From positions 1-64,000 of IMG/VR virus record IMGVR_UViG_3300037247_001890: a stretch of 64,000 nucleotides of DNA; one strand, given 5' to 3'. This DNA comes from a virus. This document shows, piece by piece, positions 1 through 11,545 of this stretch. Under the pieces are notes generated by a model. That model searched no databases. It saw only the letters and a list, made by a program, of their open reading frames with translations, and had not been told where the DNA came from. Position numbers and translations under genes: made by a program. Numbering within the stretch: position 1 is the first letter of the stretch; every line of letters starts with the position of its first letter.

Positions 1-1366
1 CTATGGAAGCTATTTCCAATTTCAAAAGCATGTTGGATAGAGATGAGGACGATATGGATACAGTTTTTGCTCTTGTAACAGCAGTTTTAGATCCGTTCGC
101 TGAAATTTGTGGGATGAAAATAGAACGAATTGGTCCTTGCGATGAAAATACAGGAAAAGTGGAGAAAACCCTTGATAAAATTCGAGGAACAATTGATTAT
201 AAGAGGGTAAAAAGAACTTCATTAGGAGTTAAATAATTGTTTCTATTGGAGTTATGAGGTTTATAAGGCAGGTAAAAAATTCCAAAAAATCTACTATATA
301 CCTGCCTTTCTATAGGAGGAATAATGATAGACCTCCCTGTAGAGACCCGTTTTTGGATTTATGTAGTAGTACATATCTTGTTGCTATATATAGGAGGATA
401 TACAAGATGAATTTTAAAAATGCGATTAACATAGTTCATGACACAATTATTACACTCTTCATGGTATTTAGCGTATATATGCTATTTAACGCAGAGCCAC
501 TTGGCGCTGTTATAATGCTATTAGCTATGATTGAGGATAACGTATACAAAAGGAGATGATTATGATTATACAAGTGAAAGTGCCTGCACGTGAAAAATCA
601 ATTAATGAAGGAGAGTGCTGTCGAGGTTGCACTATGTTTTTTGTGCGACCGCACGGTCACAAGGTCTGGTGCCGCCACTGTTGGCCGAGGTTGTCATATA
701 AGAAGAAGCAGTCAAACTGGCATCACTTGGCGACTCTCCCAACATTGGGTGAATTAAGATGATATAGGGGAGGGTGACGTATGTTGCCCTCTTTTTTTAG
801 CTATAAACCTTCGTTTTTTGTATGTAGCAGTGTACCATACGGTACACTACACTCTAGATATAAAACCTACGAGGTTGTATGTGTAGTGTACATGCGTACA
901 CCACTTAAATACAACAAACATAGGGGTATGAGTATGACAATTTTGTCATACTCTCAGCCATTATGTCCCATAAGGTGACATACGTCGCCTATTGTCATGC
1001 ATATGTAAAACAACAAACACAGGGTTGACGTGAACGCGCGAAAAACCCCGATATTTACTACTACTGCTCCCTAATCCATACTTTACCAATATCGAATATA
1101 GCAGTTGGAGTATCAGTTATCGTCTTCTTAAACACAACCAACCCATTTTCCTCATACTTAATAACATCTGCCTCGATAACAACATCTATAGCAGCATTAC
1201 TATCATATGATTTTACGCTAAATTTCTTCATTTTATTTGTTCCTTTCTTTTAAATTTCATTTGCACTATCGCTGTGCACACATATCACGGAAACCACATT
1301 CAAAGCAAAAGCCTTCCAGCCAACACTCTACTGTAATCTCTTCTATTTCGTCTATTTCTTCTAGTT

Positions 1367-2128
1367 CTAATTCCATACACACTCATGATGTAACAACATA
1401 GATCTAACATTACTATCAGCAATACCTCTATGAAACCAACGTGAGCCCTCTGAAAACATGTATTCATCCAATGTAGAGCCAAAATCAATGTATGTATTCT
1501 TATTATTCACTCCATGCAACTGGTGTATAAGCATTTCAGACAATGGGCCACAACACACTAAAAACATGTACCCAATAGGATTAGTCTCCTTTAAATACTT
1601 TTTTACCGTGTCAATAACACCATATTGACTCTTCCATGCGTTATTGCCCCTAATTGAGAAAAATACCTCGGGCACAAAGGGTAAATTCTTTACATTTGCC
1701 TCTGAGTGTGCAATTAATATAATCTTATTGTCTTTCAACAGAGGTATTATCTCATTTTGTGCTCGTAAATAGTTCTTATTCATGAATACACTCGCAAAAG
1801 TAAGATTTGAATCAGATTGACCAGACAAATCACGCAATAACTCATGACCGCCATGTTTAAAATCTTTAAGACAATGACAATTCGTCATGATCCCTACATA
1901 ATAATTATCATCCTTATACTGCAAAGCATCAATAAAACAATCTCTCAAATAATTATCACCGACATTATCTGGATCATATTTCCACTCACCATGACACTTT
2001 TGACGGATATCTATGAATCTCTTGCTTATGATATACCATTCACCATCATGAAAGCGGACCAAAGAGAATGACTCGTGCTCCTTTATCTTATTTAAGAAGA
2101 AATCAAACTCTTCGTTAAAATGCTTCAC
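1367..2128 (-). CDS. GT-D-fold (DUF1792-like) glycosyltransferase-related protein
   Basis: Motifs FSLVRFHDGE, CCGPLSE and IDFGSTLD resemble the GT-D fold; lies at the end of the sugar operon. Confidence 0.55.
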   Translation of the reverse strand: MKHFNEEFDFFLNKIKEHESFSLVRFHDGEWYIISKRFIDIRQKCHGEWKYDPDNVGDNYLRDCFIDALQYKDDNYYVGIMTNCHCLKDFKHGGHELLRDLSGQSDSNLTFASVFMNKNYLRAQNEIIPLLKDNKIILIAHSEANVKNLPFVPEVFFSIRGNNAWKSQYGVIDTVKKYLKETNPIGYMFLVCCGPLSEMLIHQLHGVNNKNTYIDFGSTLDEYMFSEGSRWFHRGIADSNVRSMLLHHECVWN

Positions 2129-3581
2129 TCTTAAAATAACACTCTAATCAATGCCTCATTCTCTTGCAGTGATTTCAAAGATTCTGTATTTTTTCCTTTT
2201 TTATATTTGAATGACCAATCTATTTCCCAATCACGACTGCCACACCCTCCACCAGTATCAAATGTAATTCCAAATTCAAACAGCTTAGAAGCAGCATTAT
2301 GGACAAGGTCCACTTGCTCTTTAGTTGGAAATAGCTCCACATGTCTCCATTTTTCAACTGGTAAACACTTTGGTGGATGGTATTTTTCAACTGTGTCCTG
2401 ATATTCTCCTTTACTTACTCTTCTTGGGATAACCATTTCTACCTTCACCCCAGATTTTTTGAGCTCTTCCAGAACTCCCATAGCACAATCATATGCTTTT
2501 TCTACTTGTGTCATCTTTTACTCCTCATTTTAAAAAACTCGCCACACTGACGAATTCAGTTGTTTCTAACCTATATACTGCCAAATCATAATGATTTCCA
2601 TGATTGAACAAGAAATAACTATTTCGCATCCCATCATCCTCTTGTCTACGCCAAGTAATGCTATCTTGCTTCCATAATGAATCGGCCCTGAGATACATGC
2701 GTCCAGGGCTTAAGTAAATCCACCTACCATAAGTCTCAGTGTATTCTAAAACCCATCTAACACCACCTAAAACACTTTTTTCTTTTTGATTGAACCAAAC
2801 ACATAATTTCCAAGGACACTCACTCATAGTCGTATCATCATAAAACAGATACTCTGGTGGATACAAACGAAGATCAAGTTCTACATAATGATTAGAATCA
2901 GGATCCATGTAGCCTTGTGTTTTATAAACTCTGTACCACTCAGACAAATCATAACGTTGAGAGCCTAGCGACCCGAGCAAAATCAATACAAACAGTATAA
3001 TTAGTTTTTTCATTGTCTTTAATCACGTAATATATTTTTCCATCGCTTCTGATATTCTTTAAGATTCTTCTTACGTAATTTTTTTAATTGTTTTTTTGTC
3101 TGTGTGCCCTTCTTAAAATATTTCATTGCCATTTACCTAGCCCGACCCATTATAGCACCTCTTTTGAGTATGGCGATTAAAGATATCATAATAGGAAGCA
3201 ATTTATACATATGCCCTAAAGCCCAATCTACATCTTCTTTAAAACCATCACCATTCTTAGGCTCTGTTTTGTCATCAGGTCTAGGCTGTGGTCTTTCTGA
3301 TGAAATAACTGGTGGTCTACTTCTCTCCAATCTACCAGGTACTCTACGTTCTTCTACAGCTGTAGTAGTAGCTTTCGTATCCACTTTAGCCTCATAAAGC
3401 AATGGTTCAGCAATTAACCACACTGATATTGCAATTGGCATAAGAACTAGTATCCACCAAACCCAAGACCTGTGTTTTCTCTTTTTAGTATTTGTTCTCC
3501 TGTTATAGATCGGAGTTCTAGTCTTGGTCTTCGGTCTAGGTTTAGGTGTTGTTGTCTTACTTGGCATTTCTTTTCCTTTAT

Positions 3582-4337
3582 TTATAAATTATCCATCACT
3601 ATTTGTAATATAATAGGACCACGAGCATTTGTCAAATTGATGGTCTCTGGAATGTATAATCCGTGAGATTCACCACCTGACCTCGAGCTAGTCAAAACTT
3701 TCAATAATCCTGGAAATCCATTCGCAATAGCCAACGATGCAGAATAAAACCCCACGTATGCTTTGGCCTTGCTAATAAGACTAGCAAGATCCAAGAAATC
3801 TATCCCTAATTGATCATGATCTCTGGCAAAAATTGCTCCATCATGTATTGAGCCTGCCTGAATAGTTTTTATAGGACAATTATTAATAAAATATGCGTAT
3901 GCCTCCCTTAAATCAGAACTTGTATGGTTACCGCAATGTGCGACCACTATGTATGGCTCATCACTATATGTTTTATCCGGAAATTCATATTGTGGATCTG
4001 GAATATCTTCTAATCCAATCTGTGCAGCTATATATTTATGCAGCGGTCCAGAGGGAAAATACTCAAATCCTAGTTGATATATCTTTTCATATTCTGTGGG
4101 TACATTCATATACCATGGCTGTACTCCTTGGTTATAATGCACCATTTTGTAACCTTTGGAGACTATGAAATCATTTACATATCTCTGATATCTGAATAGG
4201 TTTTCTGTTGATCTACATATTTCACTAGTATAAATATCAGCTACAGCATCATCACGCTCACATATAAATTTGACAGTTGGCAATATATAAAAGAGATCAC
4301 CAATTTTACCTGGATGTGCAAACGCATATTTAAGCAT
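3582..4337 (-). CDS. GT9/heptosyltransferase-like glycosyltransferase
   Basis: N-terminal GKIGDL and C-terminal LISKAKAYVGFYSASLAIA motifs; start taken at MLKYAF. Confidence 0.55.
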   Translation of the reverse strand: MLKYAFAHPGKIGDLFYILPTVKFICERDDAVADIYTSEICRSTENLFRYQRYVNDFIVSKGYKMVHYNQGVQPWYMNVPTEYEKIYQLGFEYFPSGPLHKYIAAQIGLEDIPDPQYEFPDKTYSDEPYIVVAHCGNHTSSDLREAYAYFINNCPIKTIQAGSIHDGAIFARDHDQLGIDFLDLASLISKAKAYVGFYSASLAIANGFPGLLKVLTSSRSGGESHGLYIPETINLTNARGPIILQIVMDNL

Positions 4338-4578
4338 ATGTTTTCTCCAATGGTGTATTTGTCTCACCTAAACGTGCATCTATAGCTCGTATAAGTTCAT
4401 TTCTTCGTGCATTTGTTATTTGTGCCATTTTGGCAGCTTTTGCCACTTTGTCAGGGTCAATTTCTTTCATCACATCTTCCTGTGCATACCAGCATTTCAT
4501 ACTTGTTGTAATCAGCTCATCTATAAGCGTAGCTGTTGATTTTTTTGTTATATCACTCATATTTATTTTTTTATCCAA
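4330..4578 (-). CDS. small helical protein (DUF4254-like)
   Basis: LIDEL...W.AQE...N.RRNELI.AID pattern. Confidence 0.4.
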   Translation of the reverse strand: MDKKINMSDITKKSTATLIDELITTSMKCWYAQEDVMKEIDPDKVAKAAKMAQITNARRNELIRAIDARLGETNTPLEKTYA

Positions 4579-5180
4579 TATTCATTATATTCTATTGTAT
4601 TTACTAATTTATATCCTTTACTAATACAAAATTCTCTCAATTCTTTTATATATGGATTATGCCATACGTCATTCCAAGGCAGATTTTCTACAGACATAAC
4701 AGTTGGATCATATTTTTCAAAGTCTAATCCTTGCAATACTTTCAATTCTGAATATTCTACATCTATATCAAGTACGTCTATATGTTCTACCTCAGAATGA
4801 ATATCTGATAAAATTGTAGTTAGGGTATATGCTTTTACTTTTATTGGGGTTATTTCATAATTTATTCTGGATTGTGGATCCAAAACTTTAAATGCAGAAC
4901 CACCTAGTCCTCCCGCATAACCACAAACTTCAAAATCCACTTCACCTTCATCTTTATCCGAACAAGCATATTGTATAATTGGATATCCTTTAGCTCTAAA
5001 TGCATCACACATATTCGGCTGAGGCTCAATCGCTATTATCTTCCATCCCAAACTACGAAATTGAAAAGAATTTGAAAAACTCTCCGGATATCCGGCCCCA
5101 ACATCTACATAAACCCCTTTAAAATCACGAGGAAAGTGAGATGTCACAAATTTATAAAATACACCTTGTTGCTGTGGCAT
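4563..5180 (-). CDS. FkbM-family methyltransferase
   Basis: YVDVGA, IAIEP, IDVLDIDVEYSELKVLQG. Confidence 0.85.
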   Translation of the reverse strand: MPQQQGVFYKFVTSHFPRDFKGVYVDVGAGYPESFSNSFQFRSLGWKIIAIEPQPNMCDAFRAKGYPIIQYACSDKDEGEVDFEVCGYAGGLGGSAFKVLDPQSRINYEITPIKVKAYTLTTILSDIHSEVEHIDVLDIDVEYSELKVLQGLDFEKYDPTVMSVENLPWNDVWHNPYIKELREFCISKGYKLVNTIEYNEYWIKK

Positions 5181-5806
5181 TATATGCTCCTCCTAAATGA
5201 CATTCCCACAAAACAGTAGTCTATGCCCTCCCATTGGAAGTCTAGATCCTCATCCGTTATATTCCATTGAGGTATTCCAACTAATTCACAATTATTAGCT
5301 TTTACTACTTCAGCTAACTGTTCTAGTCTTTTCTCTGTATAAAATCTAATACATGTAGCTGGCAAACGATCGCCGACCACATACCCTGGCTTAAAATCAC
5401 ACGTTATAAAAGCCTTTCCTCCAGGCTTCAACATATTACATATATCTTCTATAAATTGTTCATCATCTTGCACATGCTCAATGACTGATGTGGAAAATAT
5501 AACATCAAATCGTATACCAGGATGCATGCCTCTATACGCATTTAAGTCTACATTAACAACAGGGTCCACACCTGTTACATTATAACCCATATTCTGCAAT
5601 GCTTCCGTTGGCATATCATCATATGATCCGGCACTCAATATTAAACTATTTTTCGTTGCATATTTCATTATGTAATGCAATATTTGTGCACTCTGATGTA
5701 GAGAACTAAATATTTTTCTTTTCATCATTTCATTAGCATAGCCCTCCATATGTGCAAACTCTTTTTGATATATGTCGTTATCACTTGCTCTTATAAGTCT
5801 ATTCAT
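5180..5806 (-). CDS. class I SAM-dependent methyltransferase
   Basis: FDVIFSTSVIEHV and LKPGG motifs. Confidence 0.8.
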   Translation of the reverse strand: MNRLIRASDNDIYQKEFAHMEGYANEMMKRKIFSSLHQSAQILHYIMKYATKNSLILSAGSYDDMPTEALQNMGYNVTGVDPVVNVDLNAYRGMHPGIRFDVIFSTSVIEHVQDDEQFIEDICNMLKPGGKAFITCDFKPGYVVGDRLPATCIRFYTEKRLEQLAEVVKANNCELVGIPQWNITDEDLDFQWEGIDYCFVGMSFRRSI

Positions 5807-5812
5807 TACTTC

Positions 5813-7138
5813 CTACATAAATTGGTGTGATATTTTAAAAAATTCTTCTATTGGAAGCTCAGTTAAAAGAGGTGCTCTTCTATAACTTTCAATATTAGGA
5901 TTGATGTCCATTAATATACGATCATACTCATCTACAGGTAATCCGCGTTCTTTGGCAATATCATAGTACTCAGTGCCTGGAAATACAGCTGCAATATATG
6001 TTAATGGAACAAATGCTGGGGATCCGTGATATTCCCTAATAAATGCTAAAGTTTCTTCTAAATCTTCTCGTGTTTCTGTCGGATTACCAATTAAAAAACT
6101 AGCCATTATAAGAATACCATATTTCTCTGCTAATGCTATCAAATTTCTATGATCTTGCACTGTAGTAGTATCTTTTTTTATATATTTGATCATCTTCTGG
6201 GATGCACTTTCAAATCCAGCACCAATAACTACAACATTCATGTCTTTCAATGCTTTCATAACCTCGTCATCCGTATTATCGCTTCTTGACAGCACCATTA
6301 ATTGTACGCGTTTGTTTAAACCCTTTTCTACCATGAGATCACGTATTTTAAACATTCTTTTCTTATTTGCAGTGAATAAATCATCAAATAATTCAACAAC
6401 CTCTGCACCATATGTGTCTACTAATAATTCTAGTTCTTCTACAACACGCTCTGCTGAATGTGCTCTAAATCTACTCCAATGGACTTTAGTACTACAAAAT
6501 CTACATGTAAATGGACAACCACGTGAAGATAACATTGACAACGTTCTCCCTGGATGTCCCGGTACTACCAATCTAGATGCAACATAATGGTCCAAATTCA
6601 AACTTTCTCTGTCTGGTATTGGAAACTCATCTAGATTCTTAACTAATAGCCGAGGTACTGTAAACTTTAGATTTCTGTTCTCATCTCTATAGCAAATTCC
6701 GGGAACTTTTTTTAACTCTTCAATAGAGAAATTAGGAAGCATCACTAACTCCAACATAGTGACCTCTCCCTCACCCACTACTCCTACATCGAATGGTTCA
6801 GGCATTTTGTGAGATGTGGACATGTGCACACCACCAAATACTAATAATGTATCTGGATGTCTTGCCTTCACAAATCTGGCAAAATTTGCTGCAGTCACAG
6901 AACTTTGTGTAACAGCCGTTACACCGACGATATCTGCATGTATGTATTTCTGATTAATATTTTCACAGTTAGAATCCAATGTTTCTATATTACTAACTCC
7001 ATGCAACTTCAAATAAGCAGACAGAGACGCTATTCCTAGTGGCATCATACCTGCAAAAAATGGATCAGGAGGATTAACAAGAGATATCTTCCGTTGCTTA
7101 TACTGAGTGTATTCAGATTTTAAATACTCTTTAAGCAT
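5813..7138 (-). CDS. cobalamin-binding radical SAM protein (class B methyltransferase-like)
   Basis: PLGIASLSAYL, GGVH and GEGE B12-domain motifs; SRGCPFTCRFC CxxxCxxC motif. Confidence 0.9.
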   Translation of the reverse strand: MLKEYLKSEYTQYKQRKISLVNPPDPFFAGMMPLGIASLSAYLKLHGVSNIETLDSNCENINQKYIHADIVGVTAVTQSSVTAANFARFVKARHPDTLLVFGGVHMSTSHKMPEPFDVGVVGEGEVTMLELVMLPNFSIEELKKVPGICYRDENRNLKFTVPRLLVKNLDEFPIPDRESLNLDHYVASRLVVPGHPGRTLSMLSSRGCPFTCRFCSTKVHWSRFRAHSAERVVEELELLVDTYGAEVVELFDDLFTANKKRMFKIRDLMVEKGLNKRVQLMVLSRSDNTDDEVMKALKDMNVVVIGAGFESASQKMIKYIKKDTTTVQDHRNLIALAEKYGILIMASFLIGNPTETREDLEETLAFIREYHGSPAFVPLTYIAAVFPGTEYYDIAKERGLPVDEYDRILMDINPNIESYRRAPLLTELPIEEFFKISHQFM

Positions 7139-8077
7139 TTATATTATATTCGTTATAATGTCATCATATGTTTTTACTAACTGATCTTCTGACCATCTAT
7201 CATAATATTGCTGTAAAGGTACTAGTCCATTATTTATAATCTGTTTTAACGTCATGTCCCCTATAAATATAGAAGGATTAGCATCATGAAGGTGTCTAAA
7301 CATATAAGATTTCGTTAATGCTATAGGTCTACGAGCAGAAAGAGCATAATCAAGAACACCAGAATTTCCCCTTCCCGGGAACAAATCATGAAGAAAAGCA
7401 TTTAAAGTATTTTGAGCCAACCATTCAATAAGTTGATCAATATCCATGAAATCATGTCCAATTTCTAAGGTTACATTTGGTTTATATCTTAATTTCCTAC
7501 ATTCTTCTGCTATTCCTCTAGCCATTACTCCAGAAGCATCCCCAAAGGTAGCATATGATATGTGAAGTTTTATATGAGCAACGTCAAATTCTAATTGGAC
7601 TAATTCAATTAGTTTCTGGAAACCCTTCCCGGGTAATCCAAACCCAAAACTTCCTATCACTGGTATTTCATTCTCCTGATATATGTTTTGGTAGTCTAAA
7701 ATAAGCCTGCCGGAATTAAATAAAGTCTTTGTCTCTTGTATATTTGGATCTTGGCTGATCACTGCTGCCAAATTTGGGGGTAAAGGCTGACTAGGTTCAT
7801 GATGAATGGCTAGCTGTTTTACGCCCTGCAATTCAGAAGATACAGTAGATATCCATCCTAGTACAGTTGAATGATAATTATAAATTATGGCAATTGGGAT
7901 ATATTTCTCTATATAGTCATATAATTCCTGCTGATTAGAACATAGTGCATGTATAAATTTATATCTTTTTGATTTTTTAGATAAAACACTTATTATGTTA
8001 TATCCATGTTGATAAACTCCACACTGTTTATCTTTGTGTGTTACAAAAAGCACATTCGCTATAGTGGTACTGAACAT
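7139..8077 (-). CDS. putative GT-B glycosyltransferase
   Basis: CGVYQHG, IGSFGFG..KG, SGVLDYALSA.RP. Confidence 0.55.
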   Translation of the reverse strand: MFSTTIANVLFVTHKDKQCGVYQHGYNIISVLSKKSKRYKFIHALCSNQQELYDYIEKYIPIAIIYNYHSTVLGWISTVSSELQGVKQLAIHHEPSQPLPPNLAAVISQDPNIQETKTLFNSGRLILDYQNIYQENEIPVIGSFGFGLPGKGFQKLIELVQLEFDVAHIKLHISYATFGDASGVMARGIAEECRKLRYKPNVTLEIGHDFMDIDQLIEWLAQNTLNAFLHDLFPGRGNSGVLDYALSARRPIALTKSYMFRHLHDANPSIFIGDMTLKQIINNGLVPLQQYYDRWSEDQLVKTYDDIITNII

Positions 8078-9306
8078 AATTTATTATCCTTGTATCCATA
8101 GATGGTAGGAATAGGCATTGGAACTACAAGTTTTCCACCTTTTTTCATATACGGTTCATGTATTTTTAATAAAGTATCAATAAAATGCCATGGCAACACT
8201 ACAAAATAATCCGGATTCAGCATTAATGCCGAAGATTCACTAATAATAGGAATATTGGTCGCCACTGTTTTCTTGCCAAATTTGTCTCTATTTACCTCTG
8301 CAGCATAAGGAATGCGTTCATCCGTAATATTAAAATATTGTAACAATGTATTTCCTTTAGTTGATGCACCCATAGCAAAAATCTCTTTATTTTGAGCTTT
8401 TGCCTCATCAAAGAACTTCATTACCGTTTCTCTGATATGTTCTACTCTTTCAGCAAATGCCTCGAATGGGTCTTCAAAAGAGTTCATATAATCGCGTTCT
8501 TCTTTCTCTAAAGCATCAACTGCAGGAGAGATGTGACGCTGATCTTTCCATCCAATATACATACGAATGCTACCACCATTAACGCTGTTAGTAGACACAT
8601 CAAATACCTCCAAATCATGTTGCTCAAATAAATTACGTAACACTTTAAAGGAATAGTATTCTAGATGTTCATGACATATATTATCAAATGCATTTATTTT
8701 GAGCATCGAGAGAAGATCAGTAAATTGTACTACCCAAATACCATCTTTTAAAAGAGATTCCTTTATAAGCTCAATAAATGTATGGGGATCTTCTAAATCA
8801 TAAAACATCGCGATAGACGTAATTGCCTTTGCTTTCGGTGTTTTAATAGATATGTCTCCAAAGTACGTATTATGAAACAAAGTACAATATCTTTTTGCTT
8901 TGTTTGCTAAGTTGAGAGCAGGATCAAATCCTATTTTATATAGATCTGGTATATTGTATTGACCGAGCATCGTGCCATCATTGCATCCTATGTCTATTAC
9001 AACATCACCAGGGTGCAAATCTGCTCTTGCCTCAACGTTATCTACCACATCTTGAAGAGCTTTGACCATACTCTTATTAAGGCTAGACAAATACCAATAT
9101 TGTCTATATAGAAGGTCTAAATCTGGTGTATGCTTTAGTTGCACAAGTTCACAGCGTTTACACTTAACAAGTGTAAGAGGTGCTGATTTAATACTCTGAC
9201 CCTCATCCACAAAATCATTTAAGTAAATATCTCCTAAATCAAGTACTGTTTCTAATTCAGATCCACAAAGGCGACATGTTATTCTTTCTTTATATATTTT
9301 CTTCAT
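8059..9306 (-). CDS. NDP-hexose C-methyltransferase (Zn-binding N-terminal domain, C-methyltransferase C-terminus)
   Basis: CRLCGS...C..C.LVQL, IDIGCNDG, FDNICHEHLEYYS, GASTKGNTLL. Confidence 0.9.
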   Translation of the reverse strand: MKKIYKERITCRLCGSELETVLDLGDIYLNDFVDEGQSIKSAPLTLVKCKRCELVQLKHTPDLDLLYRQYWYLSSLNKSMVKALQDVVDNVEARADLHPGDVVIDIGCNDGTMLGQYNIPDLYKIGFDPALNLANKAKRYCTLFHNTYFGDISIKTPKAKAITSIAMFYDLEDPHTFIELIKESLLKDGIWVVQFTDLLSMLKINAFDNICHEHLEYYSFKVLRNLFEQHDLEVFDVSTNSVNGGSIRMYIGWKDQRHISPAVDALEKEERDYMNSFEDPFEAFAERVEHIRETVMKFFDEAKAQNKEIFAMGASTKGNTLLQYFNITDERIPYAAEVNRDKFGKKTVATNIPIISESSALMLNPDYFVVLPWHFIDTLLKIHEPYMKKGGKLVVPMPIPTIYGYKDNKLCSVPL

Positions 9307-9308
9307 AT

Positions 9309-10271
9309 TTATTTTTTTAGTAAGTTAATATCATTTTTAACCATCCGTTTAATAATTTCTGCAAATCTCACTTTTGGTTCCCAACCAAGTATTTTCTTAG
9401 CTTTGCTTGCATCTCCTCTTAGATGATCTACTTCAACAGGGCGTATGAATCTAGGATCCTCAATTATGTGATCTTGCCAACAATCTATACCGATGACCTC
9501 GAATGATTCTCTAACAAAATCCTCTACAGAATGTGATTCACCTGTCGCGAATATAAAATCCTCAGGGTTGTCCAACTGCAGCATTCCCCATATCCCCTCA
9601 ACAACATCCGGAGCATAAGACCAGTCACGACGAGGCTGTAAATTCCCAAGACGAATATTATCATCTAAATCCAAATGGATTTTTGCTACACCATTGGTTA
9701 TTTTTCTAGTTACAAATTGAATACCTCTACGTTCTGATTCATGATTAAATGAAATAGCACAACATGCAAACAGATCATATGATTCTCTATAATTCTGCAT
9801 AGTATGGTGTGCAAATATTTTTGCAACTGCGTATGGATTACGCGGATGAAACTGAGAATTCTCATTTGCAATATCGGTTTCCAGTTTACCAAACATTTCA
9901 CTTGAAGAAGCCTGAACTAGTTTTATTTTTGAATCAAACGTTCTAATTGCTTCTAATAGTCTTAGTACACCTAAGCCAGTTATATTTGCGGTATGCTCCG
10001 GCAATGTCCAGCTATCACCTACGAAGCTCTGAGCGGCAAAACTATAAACTTCATCAGGCTGAGAAATTTCTAGAGCCCTTTGAAGAGAATTAATGTCAGA
10101 TAAATCTCCTTTAATGAGTTCGATTTTGTCTACGATATGCTCTATATTCTTTCGATTGAGTTCGCTCCGGTGCCTCTCAAGCCCATACACTTCATAATTT
10201 TTTGACAAGAGTAAATCTGCCATATAAGACCCGTCTTGACCTAATATTCCTGTAATTAAAGCTCTTTTCAT
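9309..10271 (-). CDS. gmd: GDP-mannose 4,6-dehydratase
   Basis: ALITGILGQDGSY, QASSSEMFG, PYAVAK, FNHESERRG, FVTRKIT. Confidence 0.95.
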   Translation of the reverse strand: MKRALITGILGQDGSYMADLLLSKNYEVYGLERHRSELNRKNIEHIVDKIELIKGDLSDINSLQRALEISQPDEVYSFAAQSFVGDSWTLPEHTANITGLGVLRLLEAIRTFDSKIKLVQASSSEMFGKLETDIANENSQFHPRNPYAVAKIFAHHTMQNYRESYDLFACCAISFNHESERRGIQFVTRKITNGVAKIHLDLDDNIRLGNLQPRRDWSYAPDVVEGIWGMLQLDNPEDFIFATGESHSVEDFVRESFEVIGIDCWQDHIIEDPRFIRPVEVDHLRGDASKAKKILGWEPKVRFAEIIKRMVKNDINLLKK

Positions 10272-10296
10272 ATTTTTTTATTGGTTATAATTTGTT

Positions 10297-10932
10297 TTAC
10301 CATAATCCACCATTTATATCTATTGATGCACCCGTTACATAATCTGCTTCAATAAGAAATTTAATAGCTGTGGCTATATTCTCAATAGCTCCAAAAGTAT
10401 TCAAAGGTATTGAGATCTTAATTTTTTCTAACATATCATTATCAATTGTATCTTTCATTCCTGCATCCATGTATCCTAGTCTCAACGTATTAATTCTTAT
10501 ATTTTTTCTTGCATTCTCCATAGCCGCTACACGTACGAGAGTTTCTGTAAAAGCTTTCGTAGCGGAGTATATCCCTGTTCCCATAACTACATTCTTCGAT
10601 AACACTGATGACAGAAATATGATGTTGCCACGGTTATTGTTCCTCATTATGGGAATTGCTGCCTTCAGCAGATTTGCTGATCCTACAGCATTAATATGTA
10701 CTTGTTTTATCATCTCACCATAAGATATTTTATGTAAAAATCCATTTAAATTAATGCCTGCTGTATTAATAATTACATCTGGAATGCTCTCTGCTAAATA
10801 CGAAGACATCTGATGAGGACTATTTAAATTAAACACTTTAGATCCTACTGATTCCACTTCGTGTTCTTCGGACAACATTGGTACCAATTTGGTGCCAATA
10901 CCGCCTGTACCACCTACTACTAATATTTTCAT
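10297..10932 (-). CDS. short-chain dehydrogenase/reductase (FabG-like)
   Basis: GGTGGIG, YSATK, YVTGASIDINGG. Confidence 0.9.
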   Translation of the reverse strand: MKILVVGGTGGIGTKLVPMLSEEHEVESVGSKVFNLNSPHQMSSYLAESIPDVIINTAGINLNGFLHKISYGEMIKQVHINAVGSANLLKAAIPIMRNNNRGNIIFLSSVLSKNVVMGTGIYSATKAFTETLVRVAAMENARKNIRINTLRLGYMDAGMKDTIDNDMLEKIKISIPLNTFGAIENIATAIKFLIEADYVTGASIDINGGLW

Positions 10933-11543
10933 ATAGAATGCTCCAAAATTTTAAATTGCTCAACTGGACGAAAATTTCTTTTGAAACTTGGAAGATGTAT
11001 GTGAGAAGCGTTCAAATATTCTTCACTTGTATACTTCTTATTCTGCGATACTATAGCCTTCATACGCAAGGTTTTGTCTTTTTCAGTTTCTTTAATATCT
11101 ACAAACAAATTTGGATACCATGAACTCATGGTGCTTGGAGAACGATATTCTATAACGGATATCTTTCTGGCTCTTGCTAAAGCAAATCCTACCTTGTTTA
11201 TAATTAAGTGTTCTTGATGGGAATCAACAGATGTCGGAATAAAGACACCCTGGAAATCATCATCAAAAGTCTTTTCAATCACTGTAATCCACTCCCTAAT
11301 AGGTTGATCAGCAATATAAATCCCCAAGAGTCTTAAATCGACGTTACCAACACCTTTCCAGAAATTCTCACATTCCTTAAAACGGTTATGACTTGATGTA
11401 GGATTGCCTTTTGATCCTATGCTACACACTATGCTTGTAAATTGAGTACCTGAACAGCGTAGCATCGTTCCCGCCATAGATATTTCAATATCATCAGGAT
11501 GTGGTGACAAACATAATACTTTATTCATTTCTAAAAGCTTCAT
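10929..11543 (-). CDS. PIG-L/LmbE-family deacetylase
   Basis: SPHPDD and DSHQEH motifs. Confidence 0.85.
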   Translation of the reverse strand: MKLLEMNKVLCLSPHPDDIEISMAGTMLRCSGTQFTSIVCSIGSKGNPTSSHNRFKECENFWKGVGNVDLRLLGIYIADQPIREWITVIEKTFDDDFQGVFIPTSVDSHQEHLIINKVGFALARARKISVIEYRSPSTMSSWYPNLFVDIKETEKDKTLRMKAIVSQNKKYTSEEYLNASHIHLPSFKRNFRPVEQFKILEHSI

Positions 11544-11545
11544 AA

